A DNA stretch of 64,000 nt from a virus: positions 66,279 through 130,278 of the IMG/VR virus record IMGVR_UViG_3300005613_000001, one strand, 5' to 3'. The position numbers and the translations under genes were made by a program. Shown here one piece after another: positions 9,276-18,141 of the stretch (position 1 is the first letter of the stretch; every line of letters starts with the position of its first letter). Below the pieces are notes generated by a model. It searched no databases. It had not been told where the DNA came from and saw nothing but the letters and a program-made list of their open reading frames with translations.

Positions 9276-9731
9276 TTATTTCTTCGCCTTTCTAAGTTTA
9301 TCTCTAATTTTCATCAAACGAGAACAAAACTCAGACTGTGTGAGAACTGTCTCTTTTGGATTGTTCTTCCCAATTTTATGTGTAAGAACAACATCGCCAG
9401 TATCCAGCAACGCTTTTTTGGCTTTTTCGTTCTTAAATAAAGCCTCAAAAATATCATCAAGCAACTTCTGGTATTCAGGCGATTCTCTTTTGATCGGACT
9501 TCCCTGCCACCACAATATTTGGGTTCGTTTCCAATTTTTGTTTGCGCCTCGCCTCTTAGCACCATAGCCAGTCAGTTGAAAAACTGCACATTGCATTTCG
9601 GGAGACTTAAATTTCAACCCCTGAACAACACCCTCTACAGACGCACATTCAATACCTCTTACTTTAAAGGGGCGGGGCACAAAGTTTGATAAAGCTCCAG
9701 CAGGATACGGCTTCTTCGATTTGATATCCAT
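9276..9731 (-). CDS. NADAR-domain (YbiA-like, DUF1768) ADP-ribose-processing protein
   Basis: LSNFVPRPFKVRGIECASVEGVVQGLKF matches the NADAR N-terminal signature at about 150 aa. Confidence 0.65.
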   Translation of the reverse strand: MDIKSKKPYPAGALSNFVPRPFKVRGIECASVEGVVQGLKFKSPEMQCAVFQLTGYGAKRRGANKNWKRTQILWWQGSPIKRESPEYQKLLDDIFEALFKNEKAKKALLDTGDVVLTHKIGKNNPKETVLTQSEFCSRLMKIRDKLRKAKK

Positions 9732-10375
9732 TACAATAACCCTTCTGTTAAATCATCAAGTCCTACATCCCAGCGTTGTTCATTAGCATATTCCCTTGCT
9801 AACTGCAATTCTTCATCAGTTAGATGAATACTAGAAAACCTCTTGTGGCATTTCAAAGCATGATCCTTATACCAAGCGAATCGACGTTTTATTTGTTCAG
9901 GTGTAAAATGTTCTAATTCGCCCTTGGCAATTCCTGTAGTTACCCAAAATTCCGCAAACCTTCGAGCATGGTGTATTCCCACACCCGCTATAACTGACTG
10001 AGGGTAATAGTATGTGGGCACCATATCACCCACATCAAATCTCGTCTTGTAAATAGGTCTTATAATCCAACAACTAGCGACAGCATACATTCCCACTTCA
10101 TCTGACAATATTTCATTGTTACAGGGGTCTTCATCCTCAACACTACAACGGATTGTTACACCAGCCGGTTTAGCAACATCGCCTCTTATTATTATAACGT
10201 CTTGGAAGTTGATACCATTTTCTTTACAGAACGCCTCTAATGTTCCCAGCGTCCCATATTTTATACCAATATTTTGATCTTTAAATGGAAGGTCACCCTT
10301 TTCATCTTGTCCCCAAACGCGAACTCTCTTCTGTTCTAACGGGAACAACATGAAATGAAATTTTTCAGCCCCCAT
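9731..10375 (-). CDS. hypothetical protein between the SLOG-like and NADAR genes
   Basis: 214-aa ORF. It overlaps its neighbours at both ends by 1 nt and 11 nt, so the three are translationally coupled. Confidence 0.45.
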   Translation of the reverse strand: MGAEKFHFMLFPLEQKRVRVWGQDEKGDLPFKDQNIGIKYGTLGTLEAFCKENGINFQDVIIIRGDVAKPAGVTIRCSVEDEDPCNNEILSDEVGMYAVASCWIIRPIYKTRFDVGDMVPTYYYPQSVIAGVGIHHARRFAEFWVTTGIAKGELEHFTPEQIKRRFAWYKDHALKCHKRFSSIHLTDEELQLAREYANEQRWDVGLDDLTEGLL

Positions 10376-10886
10376 TTTCTTCTTCGCCTAATAGTTTGAA
10401 GACTGTTGATAGGAATTCTTCGGTGAATTTCTCGATGCCAGGACATTTACTTTCTCTATTACCAGCGACATTCAGCACTTCAATTTTCTTATCTTTGATC
10501 CATGCTGCTACTTTTTCGGGAGAAGTAGGATTGTTGAAATCTACATCAATACATTCTTTTCTATTTGCCAGGATGGCACGGCGAGTACATATCTCTCCGG
10601 GGGAAGCAAAGTTGCCCGCGAAGCGTATGGTTCCGTCTGAATCTTCTACATTATACTTTGTTCGGGGTGTATAGCTTACAGAAGTAGTTTCTTTCAATCC
10701 AAAGTCAGCCAAATCAGGTTTTAGACCATTTTCGGTTTGGAACCCTTTAGGTATCCATCCACCTGTTTCTATACCGCACTTTTGGGCGGCGAGAAGACCC
10801 CCCATATCTGCCCCCGTTTGCCCGCCGCTGATTATCTTCCGTAACACCGGCAACTCCTTAGGTAAGGAAGCCCTCATGTTTAACAT
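10365..10886 (-). CDS. SLOG/YpsA-like Rossmann-fold nucleotide-binding protein
   Basis: ISGGQTGADMGGLLAA glycine-rich loop, typical of the SLOG, LOG or DprA-like Rossmann superfamily. Confidence 0.45.
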   Translation of the reverse strand: MLNMRASLPKELPVLRKIISGGQTGADMGGLLAAQKCGIETGGWIPKGFQTENGLKPDLADFGLKETTSVSYTPRTKYNVEDSDGTIRFAGNFASPGEICTRRAILANRKECIDVDFNNPTSPEKVAAWIKDKKIEVLNVAGNRESKCPGIEKFTEEFLSTVFKLLGEEENGG

Positions 10887-10911
10887 ACCATGAATCTTAC
10901 TATTGTAAACT

Positions 10912-11205
10912 TCACGCTGTCATTTTGCGATCTTCAAATAGATCAACAACTTTTAGGAATTCATCGTGTGAATAGCCCTCATCAAAAACATACTTCTCTA
11001 CAAATTCTGCCTCTTGTTCTGTTAGAATTTTAGAGAATCTAATTTCTTCAATGCTTTTAAAGTAATGATGGCGAATTGCCCAGGCAACAGAGAGTAGACG
11101 ATTCCTAGTAGTGCTATCGAAAATGCGATTGCAATGTGAGCAGCTTGAGATTCCCTCAATAAGCATCTGGTATAATGAATGACCACAGTAGGGACAATAA
11201 TTCAT
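10912..11205 (-). CDS. zinc-ribbon protein
   Basis: CPYCGH...CSHCNR. Confidence 0.4.
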   Translation of the reverse strand: MNYCPYCGHSLYQMLIEGISSCSHCNRIFDSTTRNRLLSVAWAIRHHYFKSIEEIRFSKILTEQEAEFVEKYVFDEGYSHDEFLKVVDLFEDRKMTA

Positions 11206-11222
11206 TCTATAACTATTTATTC

Positions 11223-11609
11223 TTATGAAATTAATTTCTTGATCGCATCCTGTAATCCTGATGGTAGTCCTTCTGGTTGTGGGCGGGGCATAATAGCGGG
11301 AATACTGGCCTCTACTTTTTTCCCAGCATCATTAAATGCAGCAACTAGTAAATCCTCTAGAAACTCGGGGTCAGTAGCCAACTTAGCACACACCGTTGGG
11401 TCAATTTTAATTGATTGGCACTCTTTAACTCCATTAACCACAACCTCTACCATGCCAGCGCCAGCAGTTCCAGTGACTCTTTTTGCTGTTAATTCATCCA
11501 CCATTTTCACCAGCGAAGGCATTTTACCCATAGAACCTCTCAGTTTTTCCAAAGCAGCACGGGCTTCATCAGCATTATTAATTGTCATTTTAATTCTCCT
11601 TAGGCTCAA
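11223..11609 (-). CDS. ybaB: YbaB/EbfC-family nucleoid-associated DNA-binding protein
   Basis: MGKMPSLVKMVDEL...GTAGAGMVEVVVNG...IDP with conserved length and pattern. Confidence 0.65.
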   Translation of the reverse strand: MSLRRIKMTINNADEARAALEKLRGSMGKMPSLVKMVDELTAKRVTGTAGAGMVEVVVNGVKECQSIKIDPTVCAKLATDPEFLEDLLVAAFNDAGKKVEASIPAIMPRPQPEGLPSGLQDAIKKLIS

Positions 11610-11644
11610 AAAAAACCTCGTCCCCCCAACGGAGGACGAGGTTA
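11608..11644 (-). terminator. rho-independent terminator downstream of the ParB-like gene
   Basis: Stem aacctcgtcc / ggacgaggtt. A T-run follows on the minus strand. Confidence 0.55.
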
Positions 11645-11663
11645 AATGTTAAGAACAAAAAAC

Positions 11664-12950
11664 CTAGATTAGAGATTCTTCCTCATCCTCAACATCTTCA
11701 TCATCGACATAACCTAAATCATCTTCGGGTACGACAGAATCTACTTCGTCACTTTCATCGTACTCCAAATCGCCCCCTGCTTCAAAATCTGCTTCGGATT
11801 CAAATTCTTCTTCCTCAACATCATCTTCGGCAGGAATCAATTCAAGAACATCATGTAGAACCTTGGACAAATCCTTTTCGCCCGATAAGATTCCATTTAC
11901 AACTTCACGCACAATGCGAAGCACTTCAACTTCACACAGGTACTCATCCTCATCGTCTTTACCGTCGTTTTCAATAAAGGAATCTAATTTATCAAGATAA
12001 AGCTTCTTGATTTTAGCTTTCCCCAACGCGGCGGCAACTTGATGCTGAGCGCCAGCCTTTTTCCCCGCCTCAGTAAGACTCTTATTCTTAACTTGAGGCG
12101 TGGTTTTGGCGTGGTTTTCTATTGCATCTTTTGCCTCTTCAAGCTTTTCCTCTGCCTCTTCTTGTTCCTTCTCAGCTTCATCTACCGTAGCAGGATCAGC
12201 GCCGAGAAGTTTTGCGGCGGAGACAGTTGCTTTGGCAGTTTCTACCTTATCCTCAGCACGATCTACCGCTTTGGTGAACTTCGCCAATCTATCTTCCCAG
12301 ACTTGTTCAGCATCAGCCAAAGCATCCTTATACAACTGGTGCCGTAAGTCTAAGTCGTCAATCTTGGCAAGAATCTCAGCTACTCTTAATGTGAGGCGAC
12401 CTTCCTCATAGCCCCGGAAACACAGAGGGTCCAACTCCCCAAGCGTGTTCATCTTTTTCAGCCATTGTTCGCTCCGATCAAACATGGCTAAAATGTCGTC
12501 TTTTTCGTATCCTTCTTCTTCCTGAAGATACTTAACAAGACCAGCGGTGGCATTATCTCCAATCGGTTCGGCTGTGTCATTGCAACGAATCGCCGCAACC
12601 CAAGCATCCTTATCAGACATTTCCTTAATGTGACAAGGAACCGTAGGGAGATTCAGGTCAAGCGAACAACGCAATCGTCGTTCACCGGCAAGAAGATGAA
12701 GTTCTTCTTCGCCGTCTTTGACAACCTTCCGACAAACAAGAGGATTTTGAATTCCTCTTAATTTAATGTCAGCCCTAAGCCGCTCCATCTTCTCATCTTG
12801 AAAACCCAGACCGAGTAGCCCCTTCTCCTTATTAACTGCTCGGTGAAAGTGTCTCGGATTCGCAAAACCGCCATCTCCAATGGTATCGGAAATAACTATC
12901 TTGCGGGGATCAACCATAAATAAGTCATCCGTGAATTCCCCTTGATTCAT
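11664..12950 (-). CDS. ParB/Sulfiredoxin N-terminal domain protein with an extremely acidic C-terminal tail
   Basis: ParB-like box GIQNPLVCRKV...LLAGERRLRCS. The C-terminal 70 aa are mostly D and E. Confidence 0.55.
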   Translation of the reverse strand: MNQGEFTDDLFMVDPRKIVISDTIGDGGFANPRHFHRAVNKEKGLLGLGFQDEKMERLRADIKLRGIQNPLVCRKVVKDGEEELHLLAGERRLRCSLDLNLPTVPCHIKEMSDKDAWVAAIRCNDTAEPIGDNATAGLVKYLQEEEGYEKDDILAMFDRSEQWLKKMNTLGELDPLCFRGYEEGRLTLRVAEILAKIDDLDLRHQLYKDALADAEQVWEDRLAKFTKAVDRAEDKVETAKATVSAAKLLGADPATVDEAEKEQEEAEEKLEEAKDAIENHAKTTPQVKNKSLTEAGKKAGAQHQVAAALGKAKIKKLYLDKLDSFIENDGKDDEDEYLCEVEVLRIVREVVNGILSGEKDLSKVLHDVLELIPAEDDVEEEEFESEADFEAGGDLEYDESDEVDSVVPEDDLGYVDDEDVEDEEESLI

Positions 12951-12975
12951 CTCAACGCTCCTTACGGGTTAATGG

Positions 12976-13602
12976 TCAAAACGAGTAACTCTTATGCTCC
13001 TTTCTGCAACGTAGTTGCCATGAAACCTCATACTCTTTTGCACCAAAATCATCAAGCACAGACCTTTTCTTCTTCAGAACAAGACCTTCAATTTCATCTA
13101 GCTCAATCCTAGATTCCCAATGGTCTGTAAAGTTGGAAGCAAAAGTCTCCGCAAGCCAAACGTTTTCTGTGACCTTTAGCGCCACACCATTCTTAGGCTC
13201 TAATTCTGTTGGGCGACCACAAAGATTAAACAACAATTCATGCCGCCCCATTAAATCAGGATCACCAAATAGGTAATGCCCCGCCTGTAATACATCAAAT
13301 AATACGAGGCGGTTTTTGTAATGGGGGTCCGTTGTTTTGTTGTTTAGAAGTTCGGCATCCAGCCAGTATTCGAGACCATCCTGTATTCCAAGAGATCGCA
13401 ACTGGTCCGCAACATCCGAACTCAACTCCCACTGCTTGTGGGGGGTTCCATGCCGGGTCCAAGCCACTACCTCTCCGGTGGGCTTAATGTTAATCGGACT
13501 CCTAGTGCCATTAAACTTTAACTGAGCTACCCAAATTCCCTGTTTTTCGTACTTAGGTAGATCAGCCGGGCGAATACGGTGTTTGGGGCGGGGTGGGAAC
13601 AT
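12976..13602 (-). CDS. minimal covalent nucleotidyltransferase of the ATP-dependent ligase or capping superfamily, possibly an RNA ligase
   Basis: Motif I KFNGTR (KxDG-like), motif III LDAELL, motif IV LVLFDVL and motif V EGLVLKKK. It is 208 aa with no OB domain. Confidence 0.55.
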   Translation of the reverse strand: MFPPRPKHRIRPADLPKYEKQGIWVAQLKFNGTRSPINIKPTGEVVAWTRHGTPHKQWELSSDVADQLRSLGIQDGLEYWLDAELLNNKTTDPHYKNRLVLFDVLQAGHYLFGDPDLMGRHELLFNLCGRPTELEPKNGVALKVTENVWLAETFASNFTDHWESRIELDEIEGLVLKKKRSVLDDFGAKEYEVSWQLRCRKEHKSYSF

Positions 13603-13737
13603 GACATACTCCTAGTTTCTTAGGAGTAGTACAATTCCAATTTCCCCCCCTCTCTCCCCACTATAACACAATGTCCAGAGATGTTAAGTGGGATTGAAAA
13701 AGACAATTTCCTGTTAGAAGGTTTGTAGCAATATTCA

Positions 13738-14829
13738 CTACAGCAAATCTCTATATTCCACCCCCCATGCAATTACCTGGATAATTTCGTCTAACTCTAA
13801 CTTCTTCTTAATCCTCGCTAAATAACTATCCACTGTGGACCTCGCAACATTCAAACGAACGCTAGCAGCCTCGGCGCAAAGCCCGTCTGCTATCATTGCT
13901 ATCACTTCCTTTTCTCGTACAGAAAGTAGTTCAAATCGTGACGGCATCACCTTACATTTGGCAATCAACGCCACGGACTCTCGGGGGGTATCTTCCCCCT
14001 TTAAGATGGGTTCTAGATGCAATTTACACCAACAATTCGGCCAAAGCCGATTATCCGGCAACAATTTAACAGTAACATCAAGGGGTTCTCCTAGTGCTAA
14101 ACACCTAGTGAGAGCTACTTTTGCTACCTCAGCAGAATCCGGCGTGAGCCAAGACCACCAGTAATTTCCAATAATGCGATTAACATTAGGAACCGGATCA
14201 GCAGCCTGAGTATCCGGCGTGAATGTGGGCGGAAACCAACAAACCCGACCTTCACCATCGAAAAGAATGGCAAACTCAGAGGATGGTTTTCCAACCTGTA
14301 TTGCTTTGTTGTATCTTGCCGCCCATATGATTACATCTAAAATTTCATGTAAATCTAATTTTTCCCTAATTCGGCGCAGGTGGGTATCAACAGTCGTTCT
14401 CTCTATAAATAAATCCTTCGCCGCCTTACTAGCGGAAACCCCTCTTCCCAAACGAGCGAGAATATCGATTTCTCTCTCACTCAAGACTTCTAATTGTTCT
14501 GGAACGATTATACACTCACTTACAACAGATGCACAATTGCGGGTAGGAGCCAAAGCCGGTGAAATAGGGTGAAACACCAGCCTAGCGCGTTGGCCCGGCC
14601 AATCCGGGTCGCCCTCAAGCAACCGGGCGATCAAAGTTTCCATCTGATTTAAAACGACACAACGAGATATTGCCGTTTTAATTTTATCCGCCGAGTCTTC
14701 TTGAAAGAAATCCCAGGGGTATGTATCAACAATTTCATTATTCACATCTTGAACGGTAACAGCTTGAGGAAACCAAACTGTTCGTCCTGTGCCATCAAAC
14801 AAAACTTGAAATACCGGATTTTCAGACAT
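13738..14829 (-). CDS. tandem-duplicated PAS-like sensor plus LuxR/GerE HTH transcriptional regulator
   Basis: Two GerE-type HTH copies: LSEREIDILARLGRGVSASKAAKDL and LSVREKEVIAMIADGLCAEAASVRL. Each follows a repeated sensor-like module of about 120 aa. Confidence 0.6.
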   Translation of the reverse strand: MSENPVFQVLFDGTGRTVWFPQAVTVQDVNNEIVDTYPWDFFQEDSADKIKTAISRCVVLNQMETLIARLLEGDPDWPGQRARLVFHPISPALAPTRNCASVVSECIIVPEQLEVLSEREIDILARLGRGVSASKAAKDLFIERTTVDTHLRRIREKLDLHEILDVIIWAARYNKAIQVGKPSSEFAILFDGEGRVCWFPPTFTPDTQAADPVPNVNRIIGNYWWSWLTPDSAEVAKVALTRCLALGEPLDVTVKLLPDNRLWPNCWCKLHLEPILKGEDTPRESVALIAKCKVMPSRFELLSVREKEVIAMIADGLCAEAASVRLNVARSTVDSYLARIKKKLELDEIIQVIAWGVEYRDLL

Positions 14830-14840
14830 ATTTTTGCCTC

Positions 14841-14876
14841 AAATTAAAACAGCCACCGATAAGGTGGCTGTTTTCA
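14841..14876 (-). terminator. rho-independent terminator
   Basis: Stem acagccacc / ggtggctgt with loop gataa. Minus-strand T-run tttaattt. Confidence 0.55.
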
Positions 14877-14881
14877 CCGGG

Positions 14882-15184
14882 CTACCATTCAACATCTAAC
14901 CGATTTTGAAGGGTTAGTGCTAAATAGGGGCAACCATTTCCATTTGGCGAAGTGTTATCAATGACCCGGATTGCTGCTACTTGGGCCATTTGTTTTAAAT
15001 AAAAGGTGGGGACTTTCCCCTTCAGCAATACATCGCCATCAACACATTCAACTTCAATCTTACAGTTTCCTACGTGTGGGTCAGCAGAAATTTCTCTCCG
15101 TACCCTTTCTGCTACTTGCTGCATTCCGTTACTCTCCTTATTCAGTGCATTTAAAAGGTTCTCCACAATCTCCGCATATTGCAT
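14882..15184 (-). CDS. hypothetical protein, possibly with a BON-like fold
   Basis: 100 aa with a VECVDGDVLLKGKV...AAIRV pattern. The assignment is weak. Confidence 0.3.
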   Translation of the reverse strand: MQYAEIVENLLNALNKESNGMQQVAERVRREISADPHVGNCKIEVECVDGDVLLKGKVPTFYLKQMAQVAAIRVIDNTSPNGNGCPYLALTLQNRLDVEW

Positions 15185-15809
15185 TTAAACGGCGGCGACT
15201 CTCAGGCCGACGACCAGACCGTATGCTATTGTGCGGTGGCGGACAACTACAGGTGTATTTTAAGAAAAATTGCTTACGAGGAACACTACCGTCAAAATTT
15301 AATTTCTCTTTCAAAGCTTCGAAAACCGTTTTGTCACAGCTTTCGCTTAACGATAAATAAATTTGCTCCCTTTTTTCGTTATTTCGTCGTGTTGGAAGAA
15401 AAACATCTTCACCACATGAAACAGGATAAGACGTTGTTACCCATCCAAAAGTCTTGTGGCGAATTACGGTAAGCCCTACTTTGAGAGCCGAATCCAAGAA
15501 CTTGCGATTGTGATACGAATTTACAGTCCTGTCCCTTACTCCCTTTTGGAAATTGCGGATATGGCACATTTGATGCAAGATATTATCAAGCATCTCTCTG
15601 AAGATGGCATCCTCAAAGTGTTCGCCAATCACCAAGGCGTAAGGTTCGGGCGTAAAGCGAAAAATCCCCCTTTTTCTAGGGTTTATCCGAATCTTGGGTT
15701 CATTCAACTCACCATGAAAGAACCCCTCATTGAAATGGCGAAACGCACGCCTAATGGGTGTAACAAGAGCCTTATCCATAACTAAATACGATCCCCCTGT
15801 CAAGCCCAA
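15138..15809 (-). CDS. SprT-like zinc metallopeptidase-domain protein with a C-terminal zinc ribbon
   Basis: HQMCH zincin-type motif and C-terminal CSC...CGDCG. Confidence 0.5.
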   Translation of the reverse strand: MGLTGGSYLVMDKALVTPIRRAFRHFNEGFFHGELNEPKIRINPRKRGIFRFTPEPYALVIGEHFEDAIFREMLDNILHQMCHIRNFQKGVRDRTVNSYHNRKFLDSALKVGLTVIRHKTFGWVTTSYPVSCGEDVFLPTRRNNEKREQIYLSLSESCDKTVFEALKEKLNFDGSVPRKQFFLKYTCSCPPPHNSIRSGRRPESRRRLNAICGDCGEPFKCTE

Positions 15810-15833
15810 ACCTGCCCATTTTAAAAATGAGCC

Positions 15834-16013
15834 CTATTTGACTACTTGTTCATTACGGCGGATCGCATCGAATACTTCGCGGCGGTGAACAGGCACTTCC
15901 TTCGGAGCCTCAACCCCCAGGCGCACCTTGTCGCCACGAATTTCAACAACAACAATGGTAATGTCGTCGTTGATTACGATACTTTCATTTTTCTTCCTTG
16001 ATAAAACCAGCAT
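15834..16013 (-). CDS. csrA: CsrA/RsmA-family RNA-binding regulator, paralog 2
   Basis: 59 aa: MLVLSRKKNESIVINDDITIVVVEIRGDKVRLGVEAPKEVPVHRREVF. Found by manual translation. It is below the 60-aa cutoff of the ORF track. Confidence 0.65.
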   Translation of the reverse strand: MLVLSRKKNESIVINDDITIVVVEIRGDKVRLGVEAPKEVPVHRREVFDAIRRNEQVVK

Positions 16014-16677
16014 TTTTGTCTACCTCCATAAAGAGTTCATCAACCGACTCGCTCAGATCGGTGAAATGATTCGCCGCCTCTTTAAGTCTCGGTGAGCAAT
16101 CCGATCCAAAAAAAGCGACTTCTACGGTAATACCCGTATCTTGCCGAAGCCTTTTCACCGTCCTGGCATAACTGGCGTCACCGGCCACTAATATAAATGT
16201 ATCATATTTCCCCATGCGACTCAAGGCGCACATATCATAAATTACATCCCCACTCACAGGTTCTACCGAAAACGACTCTTCTGCCCGAAAATCCTGTGTT
16301 TGGGGAACGCAGATGGTAAAATAACCGCCTCGTTCTAAAGCATAATAGAACGTTTCTCTTTTTTCGGCGGCTTTTCTAGCCATGTCAAAACCGATTTTAG
16401 GAAGTTGTGGCTCGCTAAAATAAAAATAAGCGCAACCTAGATTCCTACTGTCGGCAAGATGTTCCTTCAACTTAATGTAATCCATTCTCCTTCCTCGGAG
16501 AACTGTTTTGGGCAGGTTCCGAATCGCCTCAAAAATTTCACTATTATCGACAAAGATTGCTACATTTTCTCTAGACTGCGCAATTTCCCAAAGTTCATCT
16601 ATTGTCTCATGTATCCCCTCTAATTGGTGGGCCAATGATATTTCTTCCCGCTTTGTCAATTCAGCCATTTTCAACAA
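15985..16677 (-). CDS. NYN/LabA-like PIN-fold RNase domain protein
   Basis: VAIFVDNSEIF...DTFILVAGDASY...ITVEVAFFG matches the LabA/NYN pattern. Confidence 0.55.
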   Translation of the reverse strand: MLKMAELTKREEISLAHQLEGIHETIDELWEIAQSRENVAIFVDNSEIFEAIRNLPKTVLRGRRMDYIKLKEHLADSRNLGCAYFYFSEPQLPKIGFDMARKAAEKRETFYYALERGGYFTICVPQTQDFRAEESFSVEPVSGDVIYDMCALSRMGKYDTFILVAGDASYARTVKRLRQDTGITVEVAFFGSDCSPRLKEAANHFTDLSESVDELFMEVDKNAGFIKEEK

Positions 16678-16679
16678 CT

Positions 16680-16776
16680 CCCTGTGTCAAAATTCTAGGA
16701 TAAAAAAAGTTGAAATTGTACCTCTGCCGGTGAGACAACTCAAATTTTTATGTTATATTGAGGAAAGAGGTTCTTT
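16680..16776. promoter_or_regulatory. divergent intergenic promoter region between the NYN and MoxR genes
   Basis: A 97-bp AT-rich gap with TTGAAA and TATATT-like hexamers. An AGGAAAGAGG RBS lies 8 nt before the MoxR ATG. Confidence 0.3.
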
Positions 16777-18141
16777 ATGAGGATTACCATGAAAGACCGA
16801 CCAAGCGGCTTAAAGTATCGCACCACCCGAAAGAGGGTTGAAGTGGAAGCCCGATATCGCGCATTGGGGCCACACGTACCAATACAATTTCGTCAGCTTT
16901 TTCAATGGCTCTTGAAAGAATCTGACGACTTTCCCGACCTTACGGAAGCGATAAACTACCAACTGCCCATAGAAAGCATTACCACATTGGGGGGGGACGA
17001 TACTAAAGAGGCTCCCACTACCCCTTTGCCCAGTATACCACAGATTGATCCAACGTCAACAGAAACTCGTTCCCTTCAGGAATTAGTAGAAAATGTCCTT
17101 TCACCAAATGGGCACAATAATTCCTATCAGCATCTTACTCATACTGCCCCGCCTGAAAATCACACTCCCATTCCAACCATTGCTGAATTGAAGGCTTCAT
17201 TTGTTAAAAATCGCTACTTTATTGACGATCAACAGATTTTCAGTATTCATCAAGCGATCCAATCGGCGCAACCCATCATTGTAGATGGACCCCCAGGAAC
17301 CGGAAAAACCGAACTGGCAAAGCAAATTGCCCTTGCTATGGGCTTAGATGTAACCGACCGAAATCACTTCGGTAAGTTGTTTTGCACTCCTGACGTTTCT
17401 AAAGATGAATCCGTCTACAGTTGGAATGATGCAAAACGCCTCATGGACCAACAACTTATTAAAGACTTGGCCGCTCGCCTAGATTTCAATGAATTGTTGG
17501 CAATCTACAAGCAAGTGGCGAACAATACGTACTCGGAAAGATACCTTGATATTCATGTATTGCTTCGCCATTGCATTATCCCATTCCGTAGTGTGGTGCT
17601 TATTGATGAAGTAGATAAGACATATCCTGAATTTGACAATTATCTTCTGGATATTCTTATCAACAACAACTTTGAAATCCCTGAATACGGGCGAATGGGA
17701 AGACCAGATAGAGCAGAAGGTGAAAATGCAATTCACCGCCCCATTTTTGTTCTCACCACTAACCGAGAACGTGATCTTTCCGGTCCATTGGCGCGGCGTT
17801 GTAAGCCGGTGTGGTTTAACTACCTACCCGAGAATCTTGAAGCGAAAGTAGTTCAAGCAAAATGTGGTGTTGAAGAAATGGAGGCGGGGCGAATTGCCCA
17901 GTTCTTCAAGAAGATTCGCACCGACCAGACTTTACACCTACAACAGCCACCTTCTACGGCTGAAGTTATTGAAACCGTAAATGCTATTGTGGCAGGTGTT
18001 GGGGCGCAAGAGTACGAACAATTACGATCTTCAGCAACTATTTTTCAACATCATTGTCATTGGATTAAAAATCGCCGTGACTTTGAAGTAATTCATGGCA
18101 AATATACCGATGCCAGTGGAAATTGGAGGGAAGTAATATGA
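16777..18141 (+). CDS. MoxR-like AAA+ ATPase with an N-terminal extension of about 150 aa
   Basis: Walker A GPPGTGKT, Walker B VVLIDEVDK, a sensor-like IFVLTTNRERDL and LARRC. Confidence 0.75.
   Translation: MRITMKDRPSGLKYRTTRKRVEVEARYRALGPHVPIQFRQLFQWLLKESDDFPDLTEAINYQLPIESITTLGGDDTKEAPTTPLPSIPQIDPTSTETRSLQELVENVLSPNGHNNSYQHLTHTAPPENHTPIPTIAELKASFVKNRYFIDDQQIFSIHQAIQSAQPIIVDGPPGTGKTELAKQIALAMGLDVTDRNHFGKLFCTPDVSKDESVYSWNDAKRLMDQQLIKDLAARLDFNELLAIYKQVANNTYSERYLDIHVLLRHCIIPFRSVVLIDEVDKTYPEFDNYLLDILINNNFEIPEYGRMGRPDRAEGENAIHRPIFVLTTNRERDLSGPLARRCKPVWFNYLPENLEAKVVQAKCGVEEMEAGRIAQFFKKIRTDQTLHLQQPPSTAEVIETVNAIVAGVGAQEYEQLRSSATIFQHHCHWIKNRRDFEVIHGKYTDASGNWREVI

Noticed and set aside
12039-12411. 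Two roughly 100-aa plus-strand ORFs with Ser/Ala/Phe-rich low-complexity sequence.
   Set aside because: They are antisense to the GAA/GAT-rich acidic tail of the ParB-like gene. The codon repetition creates an artefactual open frame.
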